From assembly GCF_006345805.1 (NCBI RefSeq), contig NC_043011.1, forward strand, positions 52,960,464 to 53,024,463: a stretch of 64,000 nt of DNA, written 5' to 3'. Shown in pieces: positions 25,961 through 38,655 of this stretch (position 1 is the stretch's first letter; every line of letters begins with the position of its first letter). Source of the stretch: Octopus sinensis. Taxonomy: Eukaryota. The notes beneath the pieces were generated by a model. The model did no database searches. It saw only the letters and a program-made list of their open reading frames with translations, and was not told where the DNA came from. Made by a program: the position numbers and the translations under genes.

Positions 25961-27409
25961 ACAAAACCTGACTAAAATTCTTATTGCACATTTCTGATTA
26001 CTGTAGAGTTATGCAATTCAATAAAGTCTATCAAATACCCTTTACAAATATTGGCAATTTGGCTGATAGAATAAGCACCAGTCTTTAAAAAAAAAAAAGG
26101 AGAAAAATATAAGTACTGGGGTTGATTAATTCAATAAAAAAATTCTTCAAGGCGGTGCCCCAGCATGGCCACAGTCTAATGACTGAAACAAGTAAAAGAG
26201 AAAGGATAATAAAAGTGATTTTTGCTAGACAAATGATGATAATTACTTTGTTCAAAGACAATGCAGCCAGTTGCTGTTGTGGTTTAGTTCAGACCTGCTA
26301 TGAAAGGCATTCCAGCTTTTGTTTTCTTTTCTTTCTGTATTATAGGTGCAGGTGTGGTTGTGTGTTATAAGAAGCTTGTTTCCCAACCACATGGTTCCAG
26401 GTTCAGTCCCACTACATGGTACCTTGGGCAAATATCTTCTACTATAGCCTCAGGCCTAACAAGGCCCTGTGAGTGGATTTGGTAAACAGAAACTGAAAGA
26501 AGCCCATCGTATATGTTGTTTACATTTGTATTTGTTTACCATTTCTCCGGGTTTTTTTTTCCGTCCTTGTTTTCATATACATTTGCTGCTTTCTTCCAAG
26601 GAATCTGGTGCTCTTAGCTTAGATTTTTCTTGCGGCTGGCCAGATTGGAGCAGTCTTGAGTATAACCAGCCAAAACTGCAAAGATAATCTGGAACTTGAC
26701 TGACGAAAGAAAACTCCGAATGACTCATCCTTGTTTTTTTTCCCTTTATGTATCGTCCAACTGTCTGGATGTTTCATTGTCACCTGTTGCATTCTTGCTC
26801 CATTTTTTGTGCTGAAATTTATAGAAAAACAAAAGACAAAGACACATGTATGAACAAGCAGATGTATTAGTTTGATGCTCGGGAAAATGAATATGTCTTA
26901 TATGTTTCGAGCCTATGCTCTTCAACAGAAATGTGTGTATTTGTCTGTATCTGTTCCCCCACCATTGCTTGACGATTGATGCTGGTGTGTTTATGTCCCT
27001 GTATTTTATAGGTTCGGCAAAAGATACCAATATAATAAGTACTAGGCTTACAAAGAATAAGTCCTGGAGTCAATTTCTTCAATTGAAAACCCTTCAAGAC
27101 AGTGCTCCAGCATGACCACAGTCAAATGACTGAAACAAATAAAAGAATTATATCTAGGACTACGCTATCCAGAGTGGTAATTTTTATCCCCACCCTAAGG
27201 TGGCGAGCCGGCAGAAGCGTTAGCACACTGGGCAAAATGCTTACCGGTATTTCGTCTGTCATTGTTCTGATTTCAAATTCTGCCAAGGTCTACTTTGCCT
27301 TTCATTCTTTCAGGATTGACAAATTAAGTACCAGTTGCATACTTGGGTTGATCTAATCGACTGACTCCCTCCCCCAAAATTTCGGGCCTTGTGCCTAGAG
27401 TAGAAAAGA

Positions 27410-27653
27410 ATATTTATCCTCTCTTAAACGTGGATGTTCTTTTAGAACAAACTATACTGTGGTAGATACCATGAGAGAAACTCTCATATTGGCTTTTGGT
27501 GCAAAATTCACTTTTGGTTTTATTGTTGTTATTCATCTTGCACCTTGAAGTAATATAAACATGTGTGCATTTTTCATGAGAGTTTCTCTCGTGGCATCTA
27601 CTGCAGTATAGTTTGTTCTAATAGAACACCCACATTTAAATGGGGATAAATAT
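27410..27653. mobile_element. 244-bp fold-back element, second copy
   Basis: Same length, TIRs and flanks as 24461-24704. Confidence 0.8.
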
Positions 27654-28584
27654 TACCTCTCGGTAATATTGCCTTTCCTGCTAATTTAAATTATCCAGAA
27701 TGTTCTACCTTTCTTGAGGCAATGATTCAAAACAGATTTAACTGTTATTTCTAGCAGATCATTAACCACGTAAGGGATCCTTTGTTAGTTTGTCAGTGCA
27801 GCAGAACTTCAGAAACCATAGGAATATCGAACTTCTTGCATCTGAATTTTTTAGCTCAAATTCAAAGATCTTGGTTTTCATTCTTCTTCAGACCAATAAT
27901 ATTGATAACCAAATCAATACTTTATTTGCGTTTATTTCATACAAACCTAACTTGAAAGGATGGAAAATAATTCAAAAGCAATAAGACACTAAGCTAATTA
28001 TCCCAAGGCATATATTTTCACTAATTAAACCCTTAGCTAACTCGTTCACACGACCTTATGTACGTGAAGTCGATCAAGAAGAATTGGAAAGCTGGGAGAC
28101 ACATGCAGAGAAGGGAGGTAACTCTGTAGAACTTTCTAATTGATAGTCTTGTGTGTGAGTGCGTGTGTATATTTATGTGTGTGTATGTGTGTGCGTGCGC
28201 GAGAGTAAGCCCATATGCGCGCGTAATTTAAGTATGCGATGAATTTGTTATGTGTATTCCCTACAAGGCCTTACTGCGTATGTTACAATTTAGGTATTTT
28301 GTGTGTGTGTGTATGTGTGTGCGCGCGTAACTTCAGTGTTTGTTCCGAGTTTATTTGCTCTGATTTTTTTTTTGTGGTGGGGTGGAATAAGTTGTGACTT
28401 TTATTCAAAATATGAACAAAATATGAACCCCCGTCACTTAGCGGTTCGGCAAAAGAGACCGATAGAATAAGTACTGGGCTTACAAAGAATAAGTTCCGGG
28501 GTCGATTTGCTCGACTAAAGGCGGTGCTCCAGCATGGCTGCAGTCAAATGACTGAAACAAGTAAAAGAGAAAAGAGAAAGAGGA

Positions 28585-29010
28585 ATATGCTTATTTCTTT
28601 ATTGCCCACAAGGGGCTAAACTTAGAGGGGACAAACAAGGACAGACAAAGGGATTAAGTCGATTACATCGATCCCCAGTGCGTAACTGGTACTTAATCTA
28701 TCGACCCCGAAAGGATGAAAGGCAAAGTCGGCCTCGGCGGAATTTGAACTCAGAACGTAGCGGCAGACGAAATACCTATTTCTTTACTACCCACAAGGGG
28801 CTAAACACAGAGGGGACAAACAAAGACAGACAAACGGATTAAGTCAATTACATCGACCCCAGTGCATAACTGGTACTTATTTAATCGACCCCGAAAGGAT
28901 GAAAGGCAAAGTCGACCTCGGCGGAATTTGAACTCAGAACGTAGCGGCAGGCGAAATACCACTAAGCATTTTGCCCAGTGTGCTAACGTTTCTGCCAGCT
29001 CGCCGCCTTT
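28585..29010 (-). mobile_element. SINE family A dimer (young, CpG-rich)
   Basis: Two tandem bodies and an intact head (ctgccagctcgccgcc on +). Confidence 0.85.
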
Positions 29011-30015
29011 TGAACAGGAATATACTTTAGAAAACAAAGACATAGGAAAAAAACAAAAAAGAAAAGAAAGAAAAACATCTATGCAACGCCAAGTGCTTCA
29101 GCTGGTCGCACACCACAAGGCTCAACGGGACCTACTGAAGCAAGCCAGCATGCTCGCGAAAGGTTGTAGTGTGTGTGTGTGAGTAGGGGTGAGTGCGTAT
29201 GCAATGGAAAAAAAGGGCTCATGATATATGTATCTGTTTGTGTCTTGTACACATATGTATGTATATTTGCTATCATCTAGAACTATGTGTCAAATAAGCT
29301 ACCAAACTGTAGACTGTGTGTGTGAGCACATGTGCACGCCTGTGATATTTGGTTACTAATCGAATGGTTAACATTTCAAATCCTTCCCTTCACTACCCAT
29401 TACCATTTATTTTATAAGTTAGTCAGTGAAGCAGCTGCAGTGTCTATGGTCTATGCAGGCCTTCCCTCAAAGATTGGAGGTGACCAACTGCATCGGAAAT
29501 GTGGGTGGAATGAAAGAAAACCAGACGTAGAGTCTGGTTCTTTGTAACAGTGATAAACTTCGCTAAAAGCACCCAAGTACTAGATGATGGTGTTAAACCA
29601 TGCATCATATTACTACAACTACTTTCCTCTCTGTGTGTGTGTGATTGGATATGCTTGATGCATTTTGAAGACAAGAACATACACACATATGCAGAGTGTG
29701 AACTGAGAACATAAAGACAGACGGAATGCCACCAACTCACCACCTTAATAATAATAATAATAACAATAATAATAATAATGATGATGATGATGATAATCAT
29801 AATAAAAGTAATCTTCTTCTTCTTCTTCTTCTTCAGTTTCTTCTTGACCTTATTCTTCAGTATCAGAGTTCCCAGTAGAGGATTCAGCTCAATCATATGC
29901 TGAGAAGCAGTAACCCTGCCATAAATATTTTTAAATGAAATTAAGTTCAGATTCAATTTGATATTACTGTCCATATTACTACAGATTTCGAGTAAAGATA
30001 AGATTTGAACCATTA

Positions 30016-30055
<40 letters not shown>

Positions 30056-31267
30056 CAATTCAGAATGGGTTTAAGCTTCTCAATAAAATTTGTTTCTCTT
30101 ACTCTCCTTCTAACTTCATTTGAGTTATAAAGTTCGTGAAACAGGAATATTAAAAGCAAAAAAAAAGTGATTGCCTAATGGGATCTAACAAACATTAAGA
30201 TCTCTGATTTGTTACTGGTGTATCCATGTACATTCTGATAATAAGTTTCCTGTCTGGCCAATATATATCTCTTCATAATTTGGGCATTTGATGCAATAGA
30301 TTAGATTTACAGATCATATTTGCATTTGGAAATATTCTTTCAGATTTTATGTTGATATAATGACCAGTATGTATGGATTGACATGTACCACAATGGCTGA
30401 CATTGCATTTGGATATCACGAACATTTTATAAATGTTGTTTAGGTCAAACTTTGCCATAGTCTTAAATAGTTTTTTCTGGTTACCCTTTACTTTGAACAA
30501 GTGTTTGATCAGTAATCAGACATTTTAGCCCATTACTTCGTCTGATGATAAGTAAATTTGATCTGGCAACATTAAAAACATTTTGAGGATGTTGATTGTG
30601 TGTTTATTTTGTGTTCCTCTTTTGAGGGTTACTCTAATTTGTTCTTTATGTATAGTCACCTTTATATCCATTTTCCATACTGGCATGGGTTAGATGGTTT
30701 GACTGGAAATGGTAAACCAAAGAACTGCACCAAGTTCCATTCTGATTTTGGCATGGTTTCAATGGCTGGATGCCCTTCCTAACACCAACCACTCCAAGTG
30801 TGCAATGGGTGCTTTTCATGTTCCACTGGTACAGATGCTTTTACATACCACCTCCATGGGTGCCAGTGACATGTCACCAGTACTGGCCATGACTACAATT
30901 TCACATGGTTTGATGAGTCTTCTGAAGCACAGCATATTGCCAAAGGCCTCAGTCACTTGTCATTGCCTCATGAAGCCCAACATGCTTCACCACCTCATCT
31001 GATGCCTTCCTGGGTCTACCTCTTCCACATGTTTTGGTTAATGAAAGTTTACAGGCTGACTGTTATATTTATTTATATATATTTACGATTCAAAAAGGCC
31101 ACCCTTCGCTTTCACCATAGCCCTTAACCGTTTCTCAACTGAAGTGCATCACTTCTTATGTTCAAATATCAGGTAAATGTTCATGCCATATACCCACTAT
31201 ATATATATACAGAGAGAGAGAGAGAAAGAGAGAGAGAGATAGGTGGACAAACAGACAGGCAAATAGG

Positions 31268-31308
<41 letters not shown>

Positions 31309-31686
31309 CATAGATATATGTATGTAAATACAATATGTATGTATGTATGTATGTATGTATATATGCATATATGTATGTATGCATATATATGCATGCACAT
31401 ATTCACCCATGCACACATACACATACATATCTACACAGACATCCCTTCCCCATAAGCATTGTAAAACTTTAAGAGCTATTTCTCTTAAATAGTTCTGAAA
31501 TGGTGCAAATGAAGTAACTAGAAGGCAAATGAATTTTTTTTTTATCAGTTTTTGCAATAAATGTTTAAGAAATTTCTGTATGTTTAAAAGAAATGTTTGT
31601 TAGTACAAAGGTTACTCTCAATGAAAAACAGCAATAAATAAGCTGGAAAATTGCAATTGTTAATGTGGAAAAATAGCAAAAATTTA

Positions 31687-32050
31687 GGTGCAGGAGTGGC
31701 TGTGTGGTAAGTAGCTTGCTTACCAACCACATGGTTCTGAGTTCATTCCCACTGCGTGGCACATTGGGCAAGTGTCTTCTACTATAGCCTCAGGCCAAAC
31801 AAAGCCTTGTGGGTGGATTTGGTAGATGGAAACTGAAAGAAGCCCGTCATATATACACACACATACACACACACATATATATATATATATACAACGGGCT
31901 TCTTTCAGTTTCCGTCTACCAAATCCACTCACAAGGCTTTGGTTGGCCCGAGGCTATAGTAGAAGATACTTGCCCAAGGTGCTACGCAGTGGGACCGAAC
32001 CCTGAACCATGTGGTTGGTAAGCAAGCTACTTACCACACTGCCACTCGTG
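31687..32050. mobile_element. Two SINE family B 5' halves joined in inverted orientation
   Basis: 31687-31847 (+) and 31894-32050 (-) are near reverse complements around a TA/CA spacer. Confidence 0.85.
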
Positions 32051-32312
32051 TGATAGTGTACATAGCTGTGAATGTAGGAGAATGTGAGTATGAGCATGTA
32101 TGCGTAGAAGAATGTGTGTAAGTGTGTGTGACAAAATGTGAGAGAGTGTCTTAACTTTTAGCACTTAAATCGGTTATACCAGGCCCAACATTTTACTTGT
32201 TTTCTGTTCAAAGTGGCCAGACCTGGCTTCTCACACCTACGCTACAATGTCATTCTAAAAATGAACAATTACATCATCAAAATATCAAAACTAAAAGATA
32301 ATTTAAGACATA

Positions 32313-32495
32313 GGCGCAGGAGTGGCTGTGTGGTTAAGTAGCTTGCTTACCAACCAAATGTTTCCGGGTTCAGTCCCACTACATGGCACCTTGGGCAAGT
32401 GCCTTCTACTATAGCCTTGGGCTGACCAAAGCTTTGTGAGTGAATTTAGTAGACGGAAACTGAATGAAGCCCGTTGTATATATATATATATATAT

Positions 32496-32536
<41 letters not shown>

Positions 32537-32741
32537 TTGTTTGTGTTTGTCCCCCAGCATCACTTGACAGCCAATGCTGGTGTGTTTACGTCCCAGCAAC
32601 TTAGCGGTTTGGCAAAAGAAACTGATAGAATAAGTACTAGGCTTACAAATAATAAATCTTGGGGTCAATTTGCTCGACTAAAGGCGGTGCTCCAGCACGG
32701 CCACAGTCAAATGAATGAAACAAGTAAAAGAGTAAAAGAGT
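32313..32741 (+). mobile_element. Full-length SINE family B nested in a P2 MITE
   Basis: ggcgcaggagtggctgtgtgg head through to the gtaaaagagtaaaagag tail. Confidence 0.9.
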
Positions 32742-33368
32742 AATGTTAATAAATAAGCTTTATGTTTGACAGAATAATCTGAATACTAAAGAGCAAGTCA
32801 TGTCACTGTCCAGTATATTTTCAGCCAGCAGTGTGACAAACACGGGTGAAAATGGAAAATAACACTGCCCATATCAAAAACAAACTTTGCTCCAAAACAG
32901 ACGTAGTGATCCTACATTGAAGGATACCAGAATTAAAAACACTCCTATAGGTACTTACACACAATTGGCTGGAAATTATGTTAAAGCAGAATCATGTGAC
33001 ATGCAAAGAAAAGTGAATATCTGGAGTCCATTTTTGTAACTGAATTTTCTAGCAAAACTGAAAGTCTGCTTTCATTGGTTTAAATCAGTCATGTGATGTA
33101 GAAAAGTAATTATCTTGTTCTAGCCAATTTTTCATCTCAAAATTAAATAGATAAATATATTGCTTCACACACAAAAACAGACACTTATGCACACGCACAC
33201 ACATGCACATGTGCACACACACACACAGAGGGATGATAGATAGGTAGACAGACAGATAGATAGATAGATAGATAAATAGATATACACACATATATATACA
33301 TATATGTGTATGTATGTATACTGATCTTACCTTAACAGAAAAGTAAATTATATATATGTATATATATG

Positions 33369-33406
<38 letters not shown>

Positions 33407-33441
33407 ATATATATATGTATGTATGTATGTATATATGTATG

Positions 33442-33480
<39 letters not shown>

Positions 33481-33824
33481 TATAATTAATGGTGCTAGAG
33501 TGAGCCATATAGTGACCACTCTCTTATATTTATATATATATATATATATATAATATATATATATTTGTATTTTGATCTTACTGTACAGAAAAAGTAAACT
33601 ATAAATGTGTGTGTGTATGTGTGTGTGTGAGAAAAATTTGAATTTGAAGTAGAAATCTGTAGTTCTAAACTGGAAAAGAAACAAAAAAACTATAGCATTT
33701 GTATATTCTTATAAACTACTCTGTTGACATGTCTATAATTAGGATTACATTTGAATTTATCATTCGGCAAAGGCAAACCATGCTGTTGTTAGCGCTGAGC
33801 CTACACATTGTGTTAGTAACAAGC

Positions 33825-34626
33825 AGTATGTGTGTGTCTAGGTGTGTATGTGTGTGTGTGTGTGTGTGCCCATGTGTACGTGATGCATGCATGCGTGTGT
33901 GTTTGTATGCATGTATGTATGTATGTGATTGTATGTATGGATGGATGGATGTGTATATGTATGTTTACCTGTATATATGCAATGTAATATATGTACATTT
34001 GTAAATAAGTATGTATGTATACATGTATGTATGTGTGTGTATGCATATATTTATGTATGCATGTATGTATGTGTGTGTATGCATATATGTATGTATGCAT
34101 GTACATATGTGTGTGTATGCATATATGTATGTATATATGTATGTGTGTGTATGCATATATGTATGCATGCATGTACGTATGTGTGTGTATGCATATATGT
34201 ATGCATGCATGTACGTATGTGTGTGTATGCATATATGTATGTATGTATGCATGTACGTATGTGTGTGTACAAGTATGTATGCATATATGTTTGTATGCGT
34301 GTATGCATATGTGTATGCATGCATTTATGTATGTATGTATGTATGTATGAATGTAAGTTCTATATAGCCATGCATGCATATATGTGTACGTATGGACGTG
34401 TATGTGTGTGTGTGCATGAACATATGATGCATGTATGTATACATGTGTGTGCATGCATGAATATATGTATTTATGTATACATGTGTGTGCATGCATGAAT
34501 ATATGTATGTATGTATGTACGTATGTATGTATGTATGCACGCATGAATATATGTATTTATGTATGTATGTATGTATGTATACATGTGTGTGCATGCATGA
34601 ATATATGTATGTATGTACGTACGTAC

Positions 34627-34657
<31 letters not shown>

Positions 34658-34828
34658 TGTACGTACGTATGTATGTATGTATGTATGTATGTATGCATGC
34701 ATGCATGTATGTATGTATGTATGTGTGTATGTATGTATGTATGTATGTATGTTTGTATGTACGTACGTATGTATGTATGTATGTATGTATGTATGTATGT
34801 ATGTATGTATGTATGTATGTATGCATGT
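33825..34828. repeat. About 1 kb compound (TATG)/(CATG)/(GT) satellite
   Basis: Directly visible; contains exact 38-nt higher-order repeats. Confidence 0.95.
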
Positions 34829-34838
34829 ATGCTGTCTC

Positions 34839-35050
34839 TTAAATATTTTCATAGTTTCCACTTTCCCCGTTATCTCTATCAATTATGGTAATTTCATTCC
34901 AGTGTGGTGGTATACGATTTCTATTCTTGCACCATATACGTTCAAATATTCCTGACTTGGGTGTTGCTCCTCTCATTAAGGCCTACCAATCTTCTGCCAT
35001 TCTGAACTTTATGGTCCCCTCTGTTTCTCCTTTGTAAGACCTTCAGCAAA
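34839..35050 (-). mobile_element. Decayed Penelope-like GIY-YIG endonuclease fragment
   Basis: SYKGETEGTIKFRMAEDW*ALMRGATPKSGIFERIWCKNRNRIPPHWNEITIIDRD resembles the PLE pattern YxGETxRxLKxRxxEH...KSGxAxHIW...HxPxWxExKIIDRE. Confidence 0.6.
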
Positions 35051-35710
35051 TGCTAATGCTTAGAACATGATAACTGCATTTATAACTTGCCATACATCAA
35101 ACATAAAACAAAACGGAGTAGGAAACTTTCGGTTGATAATGCAATGATCCAATGCAGGATTTCATCTCGCATGGAAAACCAAAACTGAAAATATAAATAT
35201 AAAAAGGTAAAAGATTAATTGTGGAAGCAATATTAATAGCATAGCTCAAAGAAATATTTAATGTGCAGATAATGCACCCTACCTTACAAACAAACCCCAC
35301 CACTCTTTGATTGTTGGAAAAAAAAATTTTGAAGCCATCAGTTAAAAGTTCAAACTTTGGGGATAATGACATCATTAACATATAACAGCAGTAACAAATG
35401 TCACCTATAACTTTGAAATTAAAAGACACTTCATCCAGAATTTTTGAAAACCGTTCTGCTCTCTAGAAATGTTTGATGAGTTTAGGAATGTTAATATTCA
35501 ATTGAAACTTTAAAGAACCAATCAGGATATTTGAATAAAGATAAAAAGATAAAAAGATAAAAACCTAAACAGCTGTGTTTTTAATAATACATTTTTAAAT
35601 GAAAATCTGTTCCTATACACACACACACGCAGACACACACACATGCATTTGCATGCGTGCACACACACACACACACACATATGCAGAAATATATATCTTT
35701 CTTTCTTCTT

Positions 35711-36120
35711 TTTTTCTTTTTTTACTTGTTTCAGTCATTTGACTGTGGCCATGCTGGAGCACCGCCTTTAGTCAAGCAAATCAACCCCGGGACTTATTCT
35801 TTGTAAGCCCAGTACTTATTCTATCGGTCTCTTTTTGCCGAACCGCTAAGTGACGGAGACGTAAACACACCAGCATCGGTTGTCAAGCAATGCTAGGGGG
35901 ACAAACACAGACACACAATTATACACACACACACACACATATATATATACATATATATGACAGGCTTCTTTCAGTTTCCGTCTACCAAATCCACTCACAA
36001 GGCATTGGTCGGCCCGGGGCTATAGCAGAAGACACTTGCCCAAGATGCCACGCAGTCGGACTGAACCCGGAACCATGTGGTTGGTAAGCAAGCTACTTAC
36101 CACACAGCCACTCCTGCGCC
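35711..36120 (-). mobile_element. Full-length SINE family B
   Basis: Tail to head (cagccactcctgcgcc on +) intact and CpG-rich. Confidence 0.9.
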
Positions 36121-36724
36121 TATGCAAGTGTATATATATATATATATATTGTTGCCAGGGCCGCTGACTGGCTCCCATGCCGGTGGCACATAAAAAACAC
36201 CATTCGAGCATGATCATTACCAGTGTCGCCTTACTGGCACTTGTGCTGGTGGCACGTGAAAAACAACATTTGAGCGACATTGTTGCCAATGCCACTGGAC
36301 TGGCTCCTGTGCAGGTGGCACATAAAAAAACACCATTTGAGCGTGGTGTCATCAGTACCACCTGACTGGCCTTCATGCTGGTGGCACATAAAAGCACCCA
36401 CTACACTCTTGGAGTGGTTGGCTTTAGGAAGGGCATTCAGCTGTAGAAACTCTGCCAGATCAGACTGGAGCCTGGTGCAGCCATCTGGCTCACCAGTCCT
36501 CAGTCAAACCATCCAAACTATGCCAGCATGGAAAGCAGACATTAAACGATGATGATGATGATGATATATATATATATATATATATTAATATAACTATATT
36601 TGAAGTAAAACTGTGTATATTTCCTTTACATCATGTATCAGAGGTTGTCACTTTCTATTTATTCTCTCACTGTATGGGTTTGATGTTATAGCTCCAAATA
36701 ATCCATAATTTATATGAACATTTT

Positions 36725-37130
36725 GGCGCAGGAGTGGCTGTATGGCAAGTAGCTGGCTAACCAACCACATGGTTCCGGGTTCAGTCCCACTGCATGGCAT
36801 CTTGGGTAAGTGTCTTCTGCTATAGCCCCGGGCCGACCAATACCTTGTGAGTGGATTTGGTAGACGGAAACTGAAAGAAGCCTGTCGTATATATGTATAT
36901 ATAAGTGTGTGTGTATATGTTTGTGTGTCTGTGTTTGTCCCTCTCGCATTGCTTGACAACCGATGCTGGTGTGTTTACGTCCCCGTCACTTAGCGGTTCG
37001 GCAAAAGAGACCGATAGAATAAGTACTGGGCTTACAAAGAATAAGTCCCGGGGTCGATTTGCTCGACTAAAGGCGGTGCTCCAGCATGGCCGCAGTTAAA
37101 TGACTGAAACAAGTAAAAAAAAAAAAAAAG
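36725..37130 (+). mobile_element. Full-length SINE family B
   Basis: ggcgcaggagtggctgtatgg ... tgactgaaacaagtaaaa. Confidence 0.9.
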
Positions 37131-37307
37131 AGTATTTGTTGAGCTCATTTAATAAGAAAAATCACTTTACTAAAAACTAATTGTAATGTATCCTGTGCAG
37201 AAGGTGTCTACCTTTTTACTAAATATATAAGTATCACCACCACCACCACAGCCTCGGGCTGACCAGAGCCTTCTGAGTGATAGATGGAAACTGAAAGATG
37301 CCCATCA

Positions 37308-37357
<50 letters not shown>

Positions 37358-37370
37358 CCTACCTACCTAC

Positions 37371-37417
<47 letters not shown>

Positions 37418-37465
37418 CCTACCTAACTACCTACCTATCTATCTATCTATCTATCTATCTATCTG

Positions 37466-37513
<48 letters not shown>

Positions 37514-37531
37514 CGTATCTATCTATCTACA

Positions 37532-37581
<50 letters not shown>

Positions 37582-37598
37582 CCTACCTAACTACCTAC

Positions 37599-37661
<63 letters not shown>

Positions 37662-37679
37662 CGTATCTATCTATCTACA

Positions 37680-37713
<34 letters not shown>

Positions 37714-37730
37714 CCTACCTAACTACCTAC

Positions 37731-37764
<34 letters not shown>

Positions 37765-37845
37765 GTCTGCCTGCCTACCTGCCTGCCTGTCTGTTTGTCT
37801 GTCTGTCTGTCTGTCTATCTCTCTATCTGTGTGTGTGTATCTTTG
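37308..37845. repeat. (CTAT)n/(CTAC)n/(CTGT)n satellite inside a SINE B copy
   Basis: Expanded at the central microsatellite position of a family B element (37280-38045). Confidence 0.9.
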
Positions 37846-38057
37846 TGTCTGTGTTTTCCCCCTCCCCCACTTCAACCACTTGACAACCGTTGTTGGTGTG
37901 TTTATGTCCCTGTAACTTAGCAGTTCAACAAAAGAAATCAATAGAATAAGTAACATACTTAAAAAAAAAAGTACTGGGACTGATTCATTCAGCTAAAAAT
38001 GGCCCCAGTCTAATGACTAAAACAGTAAAAGATAAAAGATAAAAGACGTCACCACTC

Positions 38058-38655
38058 CCATGATGATGATGATGATGATGATGATGATTATTATTATTAT
38101 TATTATACTATAAAATATATAAATGACATTCAGAAACTCCCATGATGATGATGAGGCGGAGGATGATAACAGTGATGACAACAATGATGATGATGATGAC
38201 GGCGATGATGACGGCGATGATGATGATGATGATAACACTATAAATGACATTCAGAAAATCATATAAATCACAATTCTCTTGATGACGATGATTATAAAGA
38301 TGATGATGATGATGATGATGATAACGATGATGATCACAATGGCAGTGATGATGATGATGATGAAGATGATATTGATGTCAATGATTCACTATAAAAGACA
38401 TTTGGAAATGTACATCACGACTTCTATGATGATGATGATGATGATGATATTGAGGGGGAGGAGGAGGAGAAGGCGGAGGAGGAGGAAGACAGCAATGATG
38501 ATGACGGCCAACGATGAGGAAAACAACAGCGACAATGACAATGATGATGATGATAATATTGATGATGATGATGATGATGGTGATGAACATGATGCTGATG
38601 ATGATGATTACATCATAAATGACATTGGGAAAGTCATGTACATCACAACCCTTTC
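38058..38655. repeat. (GAT)n-rich array punctuated by a recurring non-microsatellite motif
   Basis: Four TATAAATGACATT-like anchors at 38118, 38239, 38390 and 38614. Confidence 0.8.

Noticed and set aside
30273-30500. 75-aa minus ORF and an overlapping plus-frame FYVDIMTSMYGL peptide
   Set aside because: Protein-like but no recognisable motif and only weak splice sites; cannot be supported.
31687-31760. tRNA-like sequences at SINE heads (also 410-480, 36725-36800 and others)
   Set aside because: A/B boxes are present but there is no complete cloverleaf and they continue into SINE bodies; not tRNA genes.
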